A program made the position numbers and the translations under genes. From Candidatus Iainarchaeum sp. (lineage in GTDB: Archaea; B1Sed10-29; WALL01): a stretch of DNA of 64,000 nt. The stretch spans positions 20,667 to 84,666 of the forward strand of contig JAGMCR010000012.1 in the NCBI GenBank assembly GCA_023129115.1. Reading direction: 5' to 3'. This document shows, in pieces, positions 38,556 to 48,263 of this stretch. Under the pieces are notes generated by a model. It saw only the letters and a list, made by a program, of their open reading frames with translations, made no database searches and was not told the DNA's origin. Within the stretch, counting starts at the first letter, position 1. Every line of letters begins with the position of its first letter.

Positions 38556-38947
38556 TGCCGCAGAAGAAGAGGAAGATACGTGTCGGAAAGCAGCTCGGGA
38601 CGAGGACTGTTGGCAGGGGCAGGAAGGGCAGCCGCAAGAAGGGCGGCGGCCGCGGCCTCGCTGGGTCGTCCAAGCACAAGTTCTCGTGGATACTCAAGAA
38701 CAAGCCCGACCACTTCGGCGCAGAGTCCATGACCGGCGCGAAGAAGCCGAAAGCCGTCAACGTAGGATATTTAAATGAGTTAGCAGTAACTAAAGGCAAA
38801 GACGAGCTAAATGCTGCCAGTCTCGGGTTCGGAAAAGTCCTTGGGAGCGGCGAGGTGACAAGGGCTATTACAGTCAAGGCCAAGCTGTTCACTGCCAAGG
38901 CCAAGGAAAAGATTGAAGCCGCTGGCGGCCAAGCTGTTACGGTGTAA
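38555..38947 (+). CDS. rpl15: 50S ribosomal protein L15
   Basis: GGRGLAG, KVLGSG, AKEKIEAAGG. Confidence 0.92.
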   Translation: MPQKKRKIRVGKQLGTRTVGRGRKGSRKKGGGRGLAGSSKHKFSWILKNKPDHFGAESMTGAKKPKAVNVGYLNELAVTKGKDELNAASLGFGKVLGSGEVTRAITVKAKLFTAKAKEKIEAAGGQAVTV

Positions 38948-38949
38948 AA

Positions 38950-40473
38950 ATGGCCCTAGAGTTCCTTGACCCGGTTATCCAGCTGCTTCCTGAAGTGAAG
39001 AAGCCAGCCCAAAAGCCGGAGTTCAAGAAGCGGATTATGTGGGTCGTGGCCGGGATAATGGTCTTCTTCATTCTTGGGCAAATCAGCCCGTTCGGGCTCT
39101 TGACGCCCGCAAAGCTTGAGGAAATACGCACCGAGAACCCCGGGATGTACGCAGAACTCGCCCAGCAGTACGAAGACGTGCTTGGCAGAGTAGGGTTTTT
39201 GGAACGTGTGCACACGATTCTGGCGTCGAAGATAGGCTCGCTGGCAACACTGGGAATCGGCCCGATTGTGATGTCCTCGATTATACTGCAATTGTTATCG
39301 GGAGCCGAATTGATACATATAGACAAGGAGAAGTACCAGGGAGTGCAAAAGCTGTTCGCGATACTGTTCTGCTTCTTTGAGGCAGGGATATACGTGTTCA
39401 GTGGCTTCCTGCCGATTATGCCGAGCGGCGTCTCGCTGCTGCCGCTGCCAATAATTGGGGAATTGTTTAAACTGAACCATATCCTCGTGCTGACGCAGAT
39501 ATCCATTGGGTCAATCATACTGCTGTATTTAGACGAGGTGATATCCAAATACGGATTTGGGTCGGGGATTGGGCTGTTCATTGTGGCAGGCGTGTCGCAG
39601 TCCATCATTTTCAGGGCGTTCGACCCAGTGGCGGGGCTGGTGCCGACGTTCATCACCCAGACAATAAACGCGGGCATCATGGACTTTGACCTGATAGCGC
39701 CATTGCTGTTCACCATCCTTGTGTTCCTGGTCGTTGTGTATGCAGAGGCGATGCGGATAGAGATACCGCTGACCCTTGGGAGGATACGTGGAGTTGGCGG
39801 GCGGTACCCGCTGAAGTTCTTCTACGTGTCGAACCTGCCGGTGATTCTGGCGGCCGCTTTGTTCGCGAACGTGCAATTGTTCTCGAGCGTGCTGAACGGG
39901 CTGGGGTTCCCGCTGCTTGGGACGTTCGGGCCTGGCGGCAACCCCCTGCCAGAGCTGGTCTTGAGCCTGAACCCGGCCGAGCTGAGCTTCCCCATTGCCT
40001 ACCTCGTGCAGGCGCCGTACGGGATAATCGGGACGTCGTCTGCGATTAACCAGTACATACTCAACCCGACGTACACGCTCCTCGGGATAATCCCGCTGGA
40101 GCTGGTGCACCTCCTGCTTTACTCGATAATCCTTGTCATGGTCTGTGTCGTGTTCGGGATGTTCTGGGTCGAGACCACGGGCATGGGCCCGTCACAGGTG
40201 GCGGAGCAGCTGCAGAACGTTGGCTTCTCGGTGCCCGGCTTCCGGAGGGACAAGCGAGTCATCGAGCGGGTGCTGGAGAGATATATACCAATAATTACTA
40301 TTGTCGGCTCAGGGGCAGTGGGACTCCTCGCTGCATTCGCCGACATCACGGGCGCGCTGGGGACAGGGACGGGCATCCTGCTCAGCGTCGGCATACTGTA
40401 CCGGCTGTACGAAGAGCTCGCGCAGAGCCAGCTCATGGAAATGCATCCTGCACTGAAGCAATTCTTCGGGTGA
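38950..40473 (+). CDS. secY: Preprotein translocase SecY
   Basis: LGIGPIV, GSGIGLFI, YPLKFFYVSNLP, PGFRRD, GTGILL. Confidence 0.96.
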   Translation: MALEFLDPVIQLLPEVKKPAQKPEFKKRIMWVVAGIMVFFILGQISPFGLLTPAKLEEIRTENPGMYAELAQQYEDVLGRVGFLERVHTILASKIGSLATLGIGPIVMSSIILQLLSGAELIHIDKEKYQGVQKLFAILFCFFEAGIYVFSGFLPIMPSGVSLLPLPIIGELFKLNHILVLTQISIGSIILLYLDEVISKYGFGSGIGLFIVAGVSQSIIFRAFDPVAGLVPTFITQTINAGIMDFDLIAPLLFTILVFLVVVYAEAMRIEIPLTLGRIRGVGGRYPLKFFYVSNLPVILAAALFANVQLFSSVLNGLGFPLLGTFGPGGNPLPELVLSLNPAELSFPIAYLVQAPYGIIGTSSAINQYILNPTYTLLGIIPLELVHLLLYSIILVMVCVVFGMFWVETTGMGPSQVAEQLQNVGFSVPGFRRDKRVIERVLERYIPIITIVGSGAVGLLAAFADITGALGTGTGILLSVGILYRLYEELAQSQLMEMHPALKQFFG

Positions 40474-40474
40474 T

Positions 40475-40987
40475 ATGAAAATGATTAGTGAACTTTTGGG
40501 AGCCAAGCTGCTCTACCCCACTGTGGTGCTGACGGTCGCGGGAATAGCAATATGCATTACGCTGTTCTCGTCGCTCGTGCACAGGAAGGCCGTGGACCGC
40601 AAGCACATGGACGCGGTGCGCGAGCGCATGGAAAAGCACCAGAAAGAGTATCTGAAAGCGAACGAAGCCGGCGACAAGAAACGGCTCGCCCAGCTCGAGA
40701 GGGAGCAGGCCGAGATAATGGGCGCTGTCAAGGACAACATGATGGCGTCGCTCAAGCCCACGCTGATGACGATGCCGGTCGTGCTCATCCTGATTTGGCT
40801 CATGGGCTCGTGGTACGGCGGGCTTGGGCCGGTGCTTGACCTGCCGTTCGGGCTGCCGTTCCTCACGCACGCCGTGGAAGAGGCAGGAATAGTGAACGGC
40901 GTCGACTGGTTCGGGCTCTACATTGCAAGTGCGATTTCGACTGCATTGTTCCTCGAGCTGGTCCTGAGGAAAATCTTCAAGATGTGA
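40475..40987 (+). CDS. EMC3/TMCO1-like (DUF106) membrane insertase
   Basis: TM, coiled coil, TM layout; KP motif and WFGLYI; conserved position after secY. Confidence 0.85.
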   Translation: MKMISELLGAKLLYPTVVLTVAGIAICITLFSSLVHRKAVDRKHMDAVRERMEKHQKEYLKANEAGDKKRLAQLEREQAEIMGAVKDNMMASLKPTLMTMPVVLILIWLMGSWYGGLGPVLDLPFGLPFLTHAVEEAGIVNGVDWFGLYIASAISTALFLELVLRKIFKM

Positions 40988-40994
40988 TGCGCGA

Positions 40995-41564
40995 ATGATT
41001 ATAGTCGTTGCAAGCCAGCACGGGGCCGGCAAGTCAACTGCTGTAAACGGGCTTCTGGAAGCATTCTCCGGCATGCGCAAGCTTGAGATGGGGAAAAAGT
41101 TCCGCGAGCTCGCCGAGGAAAAGGGAATGACTATCGACGAGTTCAGCAAATTCCTCGCGAGCAACCCCGCGGAGTCGGACAGGATTGACCGCGAGATGGA
41201 CGACTACCAAAAGCGGGAGATAGCAAAGGGCAACATAATCGTGGACAGCAGCCTGGGCGCGATGGCGGCCGAAGGCGCCGACATAAAAGTGCTCCTGACG
41301 TGCAATGCAGAGACGCGGGCGCAGCGGGTGCTCGGGGGCGGGAAGCGCTACGGCGACGAGGGGGCTGGAACCGTTGGCGAAATGGCGCGGCAGCTCATTG
41401 AGCGCGACAAGAACGACCAGGAAAGGTACAAGCGGCTGTACGGCTTCGACATGTTCGACACGGGGAACTATGACCTGGTGGTTGACACCGGCGAAACCAC
41501 TAAAAACGAGGTCGTCCAAAAGATAGTGGACGAGCTCAAGAGGAGGAATCCAAATGCTTTTTGA
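40995..41564 (+). CDS. cmk: Cytidylate kinase
   Basis: GAGKST P-loop, FRELAEEKGM, RYKRLYG, YDLVVDT. Confidence 0.85.
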   Translation: MIIVVASQHGAGKSTAVNGLLEAFSGMRKLEMGKKFRELAEEKGMTIDEFSKFLASNPAESDRIDREMDDYQKREIAKGNIIVDSSLGAMAAEGADIKVLLTCNAETRAQRVLGGGKRYGDEGAGTVGEMARQLIERDKNDQERYKRLYGFDMFDTGNYDLVVDTGETTKNEVVQKIVDELKRRNPNAF

Positions 41565-41769
41565 CGTTGGAAGGGTCTGCGAAAAGACCACTGGAAGGGA
41601 AAAGGGAAAGAAGTGCGTAATCGTCAACGTGATTGACCAGAACTTTGTGCTGGTCGACGGGGAGACCAAGAGAAAGCGCGTCAACGTAAGCCACTTGAAG
41701 CCACTGGACCAAGTAGTCAAGATAAAGAAAGGCGCCAAGACCGAAGAGGTCAAAGCGGCGTTGAAATGA
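41554..41769 (+). CDS. rpl14e: 50S ribosomal protein L14e
   Basis: GRVCEKTTGREKGKKCVIV, NVSHL. Confidence 0.92.
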   Translation: MLFDVGRVCEKTTGREKGKKCVIVNVIDQNFVLVDGETKRKRVNVSHLKPLDQVVKIKKGAKTEEVKAALK

Positions 41770-42641
41770 TTGTCCTTAGGAAAGAAAAAGCCGTCAAGGT
41801 AGCGGGGGAAAACGGCGGCTTCCTGATTCTCGACAAGCCGAGTGGCCCATCATCGCACGAGGTGACTGCATGGGTAAAGAAGCTCTACGGCGAGAAATGC
41901 GGCCATAGCGGGACGCTGGACCCGTTCGCCACCGGCGTGCTCGTCGTTGCCGTCGGCAAGGCCGTGAAATTACTCCAGGCGCTGGCCAAAAGCGACAAGG
42001 AGTACGTGGGCGTCGCGGAATTCTCTGAAAAACCTGATGAGAAGCGGATTTCCTGGGCGTTTGCCGAGTTTACGGGAGAGATTTACCAGACCCCGCCCAA
42101 GGAGAGCGCTGTGAAGAAAGTGCTGCGGAAGCGGGTGATTCACTCGCTGGAGCTGCTGGAGGTGCAGGGGAGATACGCTTTGTTCCGCGTCGCGTGCCAG
42201 CACGGGACATACGTGCGGACGCTGGTGAAGGACATTGGGGAAGTGATTGGGGACAAGGCGCGGCTGGTCGAGCTGCGGAGGACCCGCGCGGGGAGCTTCA
42301 TCGAAGAAAACGCGCTGTTTTTGCAGGACGTTGCAGACGCGAGCAACCGGCTCGGGGTGCTGCAGCCCATGGAGGCGCTGCCGCTCAAGAAAATCGTTGT
42401 TGGGAACAAAGCGGTGAACGCGGTCTGCTACGGCGCGCGGCTCGCGAGGGCCGGGCTTGCTGCGCTGGACGAGGGCGTTGAGGAGGGAGAGGCTGTGATG
42501 CTGCTGACTTCCGGCGGGCAGATTATCGGGCTCGCAGAGGCATTGATGCCGACGGGCGAGGCCGTTGCCGCGAAGAAGGGCTTTGTCGCGAAGCCGGTGC
42601 GTATTGTGATGGGGCGGGACTTGTTCCCGAAGTGGAAATGA
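41766..42641 (+). CDS. truB: Cbf5/TruB pseudouridine synthase with PUA domain
   Basis: DKPSGPSSHEV, GHSGTLDP, GTYVRTL, ELRRTR. Confidence 0.93.
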   Translation: MIVLRKEKAVKVAGENGGFLILDKPSGPSSHEVTAWVKKLYGEKCGHSGTLDPFATGVLVVAVGKAVKLLQALAKSDKEYVGVAEFSEKPDEKRISWAFAEFTGEIYQTPPKESAVKKVLRKRVIHSLELLEVQGRYALFRVACQHGTYVRTLVKDIGEVIGDKARLVELRRTRAGSFIEENALFLQDVADASNRLGVLQPMEALPLKKIVVGNKAVNAVCYGARLARAGLAALDEGVEEGEAVMLLTSGGQIIGLAEALMPTGEAVAAKKGFVAKPVRIVMGRDLFPKWK

Positions 42642-43234
42642 CCGAGCATTATTACTCAAAGAAGCAGACCAGCAAGCTGATTCGCCGGGAGTGGGCAGTT
42701 GAAGTAGGCGGGAAAAAGCTCTTTTTCGAGACCGCGAGCGGCACGTTTTCGCCGCGGAAGCTGGACATCGGGACACGCGCGCTGCTGAAGTACATGGCTT
42801 TGCCTGAAAAAGGCAGGGTGCTCGACCTGGGCTGCGGGAACGGCGTGATTGGGATAGTGGCGGCGGCTGAAAACCCGCGGCTGGAGCTGGTCTTGAGCGA
42901 TGTCAATTCGCGTGCGGTGATGGAGTCGAGGAAGAACATCAAGCGCAACAAGCTCAAGAACGCGAAGGCGATTCAAAGCGATCTCTTTCAGAAAATCACG
43001 GGGGGGTTTGACTGTATACTGTCGAACCCCCCCATTTCTGCCGGGCGGAAGACCGTGTTCGCGATGGTTGAAGAGAGCTTCGGGCACTTGAATCCCGGCG
43101 GGAGCCTGCAAATGGTGGCGCGGAAGACGAAGGGCGGCGAGATGCTGTCAAAGGAAATGGAGCGCGTCTTCGGGAACGTGGAGGACATTGGCAGGCAATC
43201 CGGGTTTCATGTTTATAAATCGGTTAAACAATAA
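42638..43234 (+). CDS. RsmC-like SAM methyltransferase
   Basis: EHYYS, DIGT, LDLGCGNG, SNPP. Confidence 0.88.
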   Translation: MTEHYYSKKQTSKLIRREWAVEVGGKKLFFETASGTFSPRKLDIGTRALLKYMALPEKGRVLDLGCGNGVIGIVAAAENPRLELVLSDVNSRAVMESRKNIKRNKLKNAKAIQSDLFQKITGGFDCILSNPPISAGRKTVFAMVEESFGHLNPGGSLQMVARKTKGGEMLSKEMERVFGNVEDIGRQSGFHVYKSVKQ

Positions 43235-43248
43235 CGTACCGCTTTCAT

Positions 43249-43332
43249 GCTGGGGTGGCGCAATCCGGTACCGCGCAAGCCCGGAAAGCTTGTTTCCTTC
43301 GGGATATGTGAGTTCAAATCTCACCCCCAGCG
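43249..43332 (+). tRNA. tRNA-Ser(GGA)
   Basis: Acceptor GCTGGGG/CCCCAGC, anticodon arm CAAGC-CCGGAAA-GCTTG (C33), long variable arm. Confidence 0.9.
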
Positions 43333-43334
43333 CT

Positions 43335-43466
43335 CCAAGCCTTTTTCTGTTACTCGCTTCGCTCGCTCGGTGGAAAAGCGTTGATGGAAAACGCCGCCGG
43401 GCGGCCTTGCGCCGCCCTCGTCTAACGTGCCGCCTGAGTTTCAGGCGAAACTCACCACCCAGCGCT
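43335..43466 (+). repeat. Modular hairpin element E5 (after tRNA-Ser GGA)
   Basis: Contains the GGTGGAAAAGCG module, the GGCGGC-CTTGC-GCCGCC hairpin and CTAACGTGCCGCCTGAGTTTCAGGCG, then a copy of the tRNA 3' end CTCACCACCCAGCGCT. Confidence 0.8.
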
Positions 43467-43556
43467 TATCTATTTCTTGTTCCATCTTGTTCATGCGTGT
43501 ACTATGCGTCCTTTATATACCGTTCATGGGGCAGGTAATGTAGAGGTGATGCGCCC

Positions 43557-44531
43557 ATGAATAAAATGTTGTTCACGCTCGTGCTGGGGATGCTTGTTGT
43601 CTCCCTCGCGGGCACAGGAATGGCTGCGAAGCCAGAAAACCTAGGAAGCGATGCCGACGCCGTTGACGCGGCAGACGCAATTGACGACCTCAACGAAGTG
43701 TTGAGGGGAAAGCCCGAAAAAGCAGACAAGGGCAAGCCAGAGACCAATGACACAAAGGCCACGGGAAAGCCAGAGACCACGGGAAAGCCAGAGACCAATG
43801 ACACGAAAGGAAAGCCTGAGACCAATAAGACCATTAAGCTCAACCAAGGCAAGCTTATTTCTACGGTCACCAAGGTCAGGCAGGAGCAGTTCAAGCTGAC
43901 CCATACCACTCTCAAGGAGATGGGCTACAAGGGGAGCATGTCAGACTTTGCTACCTCATATAACGTTGCGATGAACCAGCTCAAGACCCACATCCGTGCC
44001 AGGATGCAGGAAGAGTCAAACTTCACCACGACCGTCGTGAGGAACCTCATGGAGAGGGAGCTCGCGCAAATCCGTGAGAGGCTCATGGTGAACATGACCG
44101 TGACCGACGAGGAAGTCGTCGACGAAATCGGTGAGCTGGTCTCGAACACGACCATAAACCCCGAGGAAGAAGCGGCACCGACCCCCGAGGAAATCCAGGA
44201 AGCTGTCGAGGAAGAGCTTGAGTACATGGACGAGGACTTCAAGGAAAAGCTCGTGCTCGTGGCAGAAGTCGGGACGCCGGAAGAGCAGGAAGAGCTCGCC
44301 GAGCAGCTCGAGGACTTCACAGAAGCCCAGGACGAAGAGATAGAGCCAATCGAGTTTGACGCCGAAGAAGTGCGGGAAGACCTTGAGGAAACGGAAGGCC
44401 CGTACGAGGGCATTGAGGAAGAAGAAGTCCCCGAAGAGCCTGAAGCCGCTCCAGTCGAAGAAGAGGAAGAGCCGGCTGAAGAGGAAGAAGAGCCTGCAGA
44501 AGACGAGGCAAGCGCAGAAGAACAGGAATAA
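43557..44531 (+). CDS. Secreted acidic protein with GKPET(NDTK) repeats
   Basis: Signal peptide, five GKPE repeats, very Glu-rich C-terminus; GAGGTGA RBS. Confidence 0.75.
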   Translation: MNKMLFTLVLGMLVVSLAGTGMAAKPENLGSDADAVDAADAIDDLNEVLRGKPEKADKGKPETNDTKATGKPETTGKPETNDTKGKPETNKTIKLNQGKLISTVTKVRQEQFKLTHTTLKEMGYKGSMSDFATSYNVAMNQLKTHIRARMQEESNFTTTVVRNLMERELAQIRERLMVNMTVTDEEVVDEIGELVSNTTINPEEEAAPTPEEIQEAVEEELEYMDEDFKEKLVLVAEVGTPEEQEELAEQLEDFTEAQDEEIEPIEFDAEEVREDLEETEGPYEGIEEEEVPEEPEAAPVEEEEEPAEEEEEPAEDEASAEEQE

Positions 44532-44565
44532 ATAGTAGCTTATTCCAAAAGGAGATACGATTAGC

Positions 44566-45147
44566 ATGAAAAAAGTGCTTGCTTTACTCTTGATGCTGGC
44601 GACTGCCCTGGCCGTGTCGTCTAGCTACAACGTTGTCGTTGCGGAGAACGGCAACGCATGGGCGGCCATCACCTTGACCGGCCAGGGAACCGTCAACGTC
44701 CCCCTCCCGATTGACGCCGAGCCACAAATCACTGGCGCGCTGTACGTCAACACCGTCAACGGCATTGACATCACTGTCGGCTCGAGCGGGGCGGCCAACA
44801 TAGTGTTCCAGTCATCCACAATGACAGAGAAGGACGGGGGCAACTGGGGGATTGTGTTGAGTCTTCCAAGCGCGGAATCCAATTCCGTGACTGTTTCCCT
44901 CCCAAGCAACGCGGCAGTCAGCGGGACCACCCCCTCTGCCGAAATTGCCCCCGTCAGCGGCTCCAAGAACGTGGTGTGGAACAGCGCGGCGGGAAGCGTG
45001 AGCGTCGATTACTCGTTCACGCCGAGCAATGGGGCAGCCGCCAACGGCGCGCCTGTGCCACAGGCGGACTACACCCTTGTGATTGTGGTGGTTGTCATTG
45101 TTGCGGCAGCTGCAGGGTTTTTCTACCTAAAAAAAAAGGCGGTCTGA
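44566..45147 (+). CDS. Secreted/membrane-anchored domain; N-terminal part of a frameshifted membrane-tethered HTH protein
   Basis: Signal peptide, beta-rich domain, TM helix ending at an A9 run. Confidence 0.7.
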   Translation: MKKVLALLLMLATALAVSSSYNVVVAENGNAWAAITLTGQGTVNVPLPIDAEPQITGALYVNTVNGIDITVGSSGAANIVFQSSTMTEKDGGNWGIVLSLPSAESNSVTVSLPSNAAVSGTTPSAEIAPVSGSKNVVWNSAAGSVSVDYSFTPSNGAAANGAPVPQADYTLVIVVVVIVAAAAGFFYLKKKAV

Positions 45148-45380
45148 CTGAGGGCCAGAAAAACGTGCTCAAGACACTTAGTGACAACGAGAAAAAAGTC
45201 ATGGACCTCGTGGTGGGGAACGGCGGGATGAAGAGGAACGTGCTCGAGAGGGAGAGCGGGCTCGCCAAGTCCAGCCTCGCGACGACGCTCTCCCAGCTCG
45301 AGAAGAAAAAGCTCGTTGCAGTGAAGAGAACGGCTACTGTGCACTACGTGGACGTGACGGGCTGGTTCAAAGGCCTTTAA
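45129..45380 (+). CDS. Winged-HTH domain in the -1 frame (C-terminal part of the preceding gene)
   Basis: LSDNEKKVMDLV..GG..RNVLERESGLAKSSLATTLSQLEKKKLV; no convincing own start or RBS. Confidence 0.65.
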   Translation, partial: KKKGGLTEGQKNVLKTLSDNEKKVMDLVVGNGGMKRNVLERESGLAKSSLATTLSQLEKKKLVAVKRTATVHYVDVTGWFKGL

Positions 45381-45510
45381 AACCGCAGAAACGTTTATAA
45401 ACAGACCCATTCAGAATAATGGCACCAAGGGCGAGCCGCGAGGTATTGACCCCGGAAGCAGACTACTTCTGGAGTTTATGGCCCTTATTGTCAATAATCG
45501 GTGAATCCAC

Positions 45511-45993
45511 ATGGCAGAAGAAGAGCTTAGGCATATTGTCCGCATTGCTGGAAAAGACATAAAGGGAGGCCTGCCGCTGGCCATGGCGCTCACGCACGTC
45601 AAGGGCGTGAACATGGCATTGGCCAACGCGATAGCCAAGCAAGCGTCGGAAGAGCTTGGGGTCGACGAAAAAATCCATCTGGGAATGCTCGACGAAAAGC
45701 AGATCGAAGTAATCGAAAAAATCGTGCTCGAGCCATCAAAGCATGGCATACCGCAGTGGATGCTCAACAGGAGGAAGGAGCCCATAAAAGGCGAAGACAC
45801 TCACCTGACGGGCCACGACCTCGACTTCGCGGTCAAGGGGGACATCGACAAGGAAAAGAAGCTCAGGAGCTACCGCGGCGTCAGGCACTCCGCAGGCCTC
45901 ACAGTGCGCGGCCAGCGCACCCGCACAAGCGGCCGCAAGGGCCAGACCGTTGGAGTCAGGAGAAGGAAGGGCACCAAGGGGTCAGGGAAGTGA
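45511..45993 (+). CDS. rps13: 30S ribosomal protein S13
   Basis: IPQWMLNRRK, YRGVRH, VRGQRTRT. Confidence 0.96.
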   Translation: MAEEELRHIVRIAGKDIKGGLPLAMALTHVKGVNMALANAIAKQASEELGVDEKIHLGMLDEKQIEVIEKIVLEPSKHGIPQWMLNRRKEPIKGEDTHLTGHDLDFAVKGDIDKEKKLRSYRGVRHSAGLTVRGQRTRTSGRKGQTVGVRRRKGTKGSGK

Positions 45994-45998
45994 TTTGA

Positions 45999-46622
45999 AT
46001 GGGAGACCCAAGGAAGCCAAGGAAAAAGTACTCAACCCCCAGCCACCCCTATGAAAAGGACCGGATTGAGGAAGAAAACACGCTAATCAAGGGCTATGGC
46101 CTGAAGAACAAGCGCGAAATCTGGAAGGCAGAGTCCCAAATCAGGAAGTACCGGACCCTGGCGCGCCAGCTCCAGGCAGACCGCGGCCCGACGGCAGACA
46201 GCAAGAAGACGGAGCTCGTGGCCAAGCTCATGTCCATCAAGCTCGTTGGGGGCGGCGCGACGCTCGACGACGTGCTGGGCCTCACGGTCACCAACTTCCT
46301 GGACAGGCGGCTCCAGACAATTGTGTTCAAGAAAGGGCTTGCAACCACGCCCAAGCAGGCGAGGCAGTTCATTGTCCACGGCATAATCTCTGTCAGTGGA
46401 AGGAAAGTGACTGTCCCCGGCTACGTCGTCACGGCAGGCGAAGAAGAAAAAATTGGGTACTACGGCAAGGCGCCGCAGCTGAAGCCGCCCGAGGCCGCAG
46501 TGGCCGAGGCCCCAGTGGAAAAGGCACCAGAGACCAAGCCAAGCGTGCCAGTGCCCGAGACCAAGCCAAGCGTGCCAGTGCCGGAAAGCAAGCCATCCAC
46601 TCCCAAGGAGGGGAGCAAATGA
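45999..46622 (+). CDS. rps4: 30S ribosomal protein S4 with repeat tail
   Basis: [27 protein letters not shown]. Confidence 0.95.
   Translation: MGDPRKPRKKYSTPSHPYEKDRIEEENTLIKGYGLKNKREIWKAESQIRKYRTLARQLQADRGPTADSKKTELVAKLMSIKLVGGGATLDDVLGLTVTNFLDRRLQTIVFKKGLATTPKQARQFIVHGIISVSGRKVTVPGYVVTAGEEEKIGYYGKAPQLKPPEAAVAEAPVEKAPETKPSVPVPETKPSVPVPESKPSTPKEGSK
46527..46595 (+). repeat. 27-bp coding tandem repeat (PETKPSVPV x2.5) in rps4
   Basis: CC(A/C)GAGACCAAGCCAAGCGTGCCAGTG twice plus a partial third copy. Confidence 0.85.
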
Positions 46623-47005
46623 GTGACAAATGGGGAATAGCGCACATCTACGCGTCAATGAACAACACAATCATCACGATTACGGACATGACCGGCGCAG
46701 AAACAATCGCCAAGTGCAGCGGCGGCATGGTCGTTGACTCCGGCTCCAAGCAGTCCTCGCCGTACGCCGCAATGGCGGCCGCGCAGAAGGCCGCCGAGGC
46801 AGCCATCGGCAGGGGGTTCACCGGCGTGCACGTCAGGATACGCGCGCCCGGCGGAAACAGGTCAAAGCACCCGGGCCCGGGGGCGCAGGCAGTCGTGCGT
46901 GCGCTCACGCGTGCCGGATTGCGCATTGGCAGGATTGAGGACGTCACTCCAATACCGCACGACGGCACCAAGTCCAAGGGCGGAAAGCGTGGGAGGAGGG
47001 TCTGA
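46619..47005 (+). CDS. rps11: 30S ribosomal protein S11
   Basis: [26 protein letters not shown]. Confidence 0.96.
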   Translation: MSDKWGIAHIYASMNNTIITITDMTGAETIAKCSGGMVVDSGSKQSSPYAAMAAAQKAAEAAIGRGFTGVHVRIRAPGGNRSKHPGPGAQAVVRALTRAGLRIGRIEDVTPIPHDGTKSKGGKRGRRV

Positions 47006-47006
47006 G

Positions 47007-47774
47007 ATGAACGTCAAAGTGCTCTCCAGCGGCGAGAACTCGGCAGTGCTGCTGCTCGAGAAGACAGAGCCGTCAATCGCGAACGCCCTGAGGCGGACGC
47101 TGCTCGGTGAAATCCCGGTGATAGCGGTGAGGGACGTCACGTTCTACGAGAACACGAGCGCCATGCCAGACGAGTACATCGCGCACCGGCTCGCCATGGT
47201 CCCGCTCAAGACAGACCTGAAGGCGTACAAGGCCCCGGACGCGTGCTGCGGCGGCAACTGCGCGTCGTGCAGCGTGGACCTGACGATTGACGAGGCAGGG
47301 CCCAAGACCGTGACCTCAGCCAGCATAAAGACAAGCGACACCAAGATAAAGCCCGTCAGTGGCAAAATCCCAATCATCGAGCTGATGCCCGGCCAGAGGC
47401 TGCGGCTTGAGGCCAAGGGAGTGCTTGGCCGGGGCGAGGAGCACGTGAAGTGGCAGGTCGGAGTCGCGGGCTACAAGTACCTGCCGGTGCTGAAGGCCGA
47501 CTACCGCAAGATCAATGACGCCAAGGCAGTGGCGGCCGCGTGCCCCACCGGGGCACTCAAGCCCAAGAGCGGGAAGCTCGAGCTCGACCCCGTCAAGTGC
47601 ACGCACTGCGAAGAGTGCGTGAAGGCGGCCGGCGAAGGCCTGGAGATTGGCTTCGACAGAACCAGCTTCATATTCCGTATAGAAACGAACGGGCAGATGA
47701 CTGCGAAGGAGGCACTCCTCCAGGCAATAAAAAGTTTGGGGGAAAGGATAACAAACATGCAGTCACAGCTCTGA
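47007..47774 (+). CDS. rpoD: RNA polymerase subunit D (Rpo3) with ferredoxin-like domain
   Basis: ANALRR, DEYIAHRL, EHVKWQ, CPTGAL and CTHCEEC. Confidence 0.94.
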   Translation: MNVKVLSSGENSAVLLLEKTEPSIANALRRTLLGEIPVIAVRDVTFYENTSAMPDEYIAHRLAMVPLKTDLKAYKAPDACCGGNCASCSVDLTIDEAGPKTVTSASIKTSDTKIKPVSGKIPIIELMPGQRLRLEAKGVLGRGEEHVKWQVGVAGYKYLPVLKADYRKINDAKAVAAACPTGALKPKSGKLELDPVKCTHCEECVKAAGEGLEIGFDRTSFIFRIETNGQMTAKEALLQAIKSLGERITNMQSQL

Positions 47775-47780
47775 AACGGT

Positions 47781-47864
47781 GCGGGGGTGCCGGAGTGGAC
47801 AAACGGGCTAGGTTGAGGGCCTAGTGGCTTAGTGCCTACGCGTGTTCGAATCACGTCCCCCGCA
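47781..47864 (+). tRNA. tRNA-Leu(GAG)
   Basis: Acceptor GCGGGGG/CCCCCGC, anticodon arm CTAGG-TTGAGGG-CCTAG, variable arm. Confidence 0.93.
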
Positions 47865-47887
47865 TGCCCCTGTGGGACCCACGCAGA

Positions 47888-47935
47888 CTTGGGGGGGTGC
47901 CGCCAACTTGGCGGCACCCCCCAAAAAGCCTACGA
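47888..47935 (+). repeat. GC hairpin module after tRNA-Leu
   Basis: GGGGGGTGCCGCCAACTTGGCGGCACCCCCC followed by AAAAAGCCTACG; same core as 49322-49352. Confidence 0.65.
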
Positions 47936-47972
47936 GTGGCGGCATATGCCGTTGCGCAAGGAGGGAAGGAAA

Positions 47973-48263
47973 ATGGTTTCCGAAAAAGTCAGGAAAACTC
48001 GGTTCGGGAAGAACCTTGGCAAGAGGATTGGGAAGAGCAGGAGCCACCGCGCCGAAGTCAACGTCGGCAAAATCAGCAAGCTCACCAAGAAAGGCGACAG
48101 CATTGTGGTGCCCGGGAAGGTATTGGGCACGGGGTCAATCGACCACGCCGTGACTGTTGCGGCGATGAGGTTCTCCGAAAGCGCCCGCAGGAAGATAGAG
48201 GCGGCGGGCGGAAAGGCCATGGCGATTGAAAAGCTTGAGGCGAAAGCGAGGGTGATAACATGA
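47973..48263 (+). CDS. rpl18e: 50S ribosomal protein L18e (short N-terminus)
   Basis: EVNVGKI, VVPGKVLGTG, FSESARRKIEAAGG. Confidence 0.9.
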   Translation: MVSEKVRKTRFGKNLGKRIGKSRSHRAEVNVGKISKLTKKGDSIVVPGKVLGTGSIDHAVTVAAMRFSESARRKIEAAGGKAMAIEKLEAKARVIT

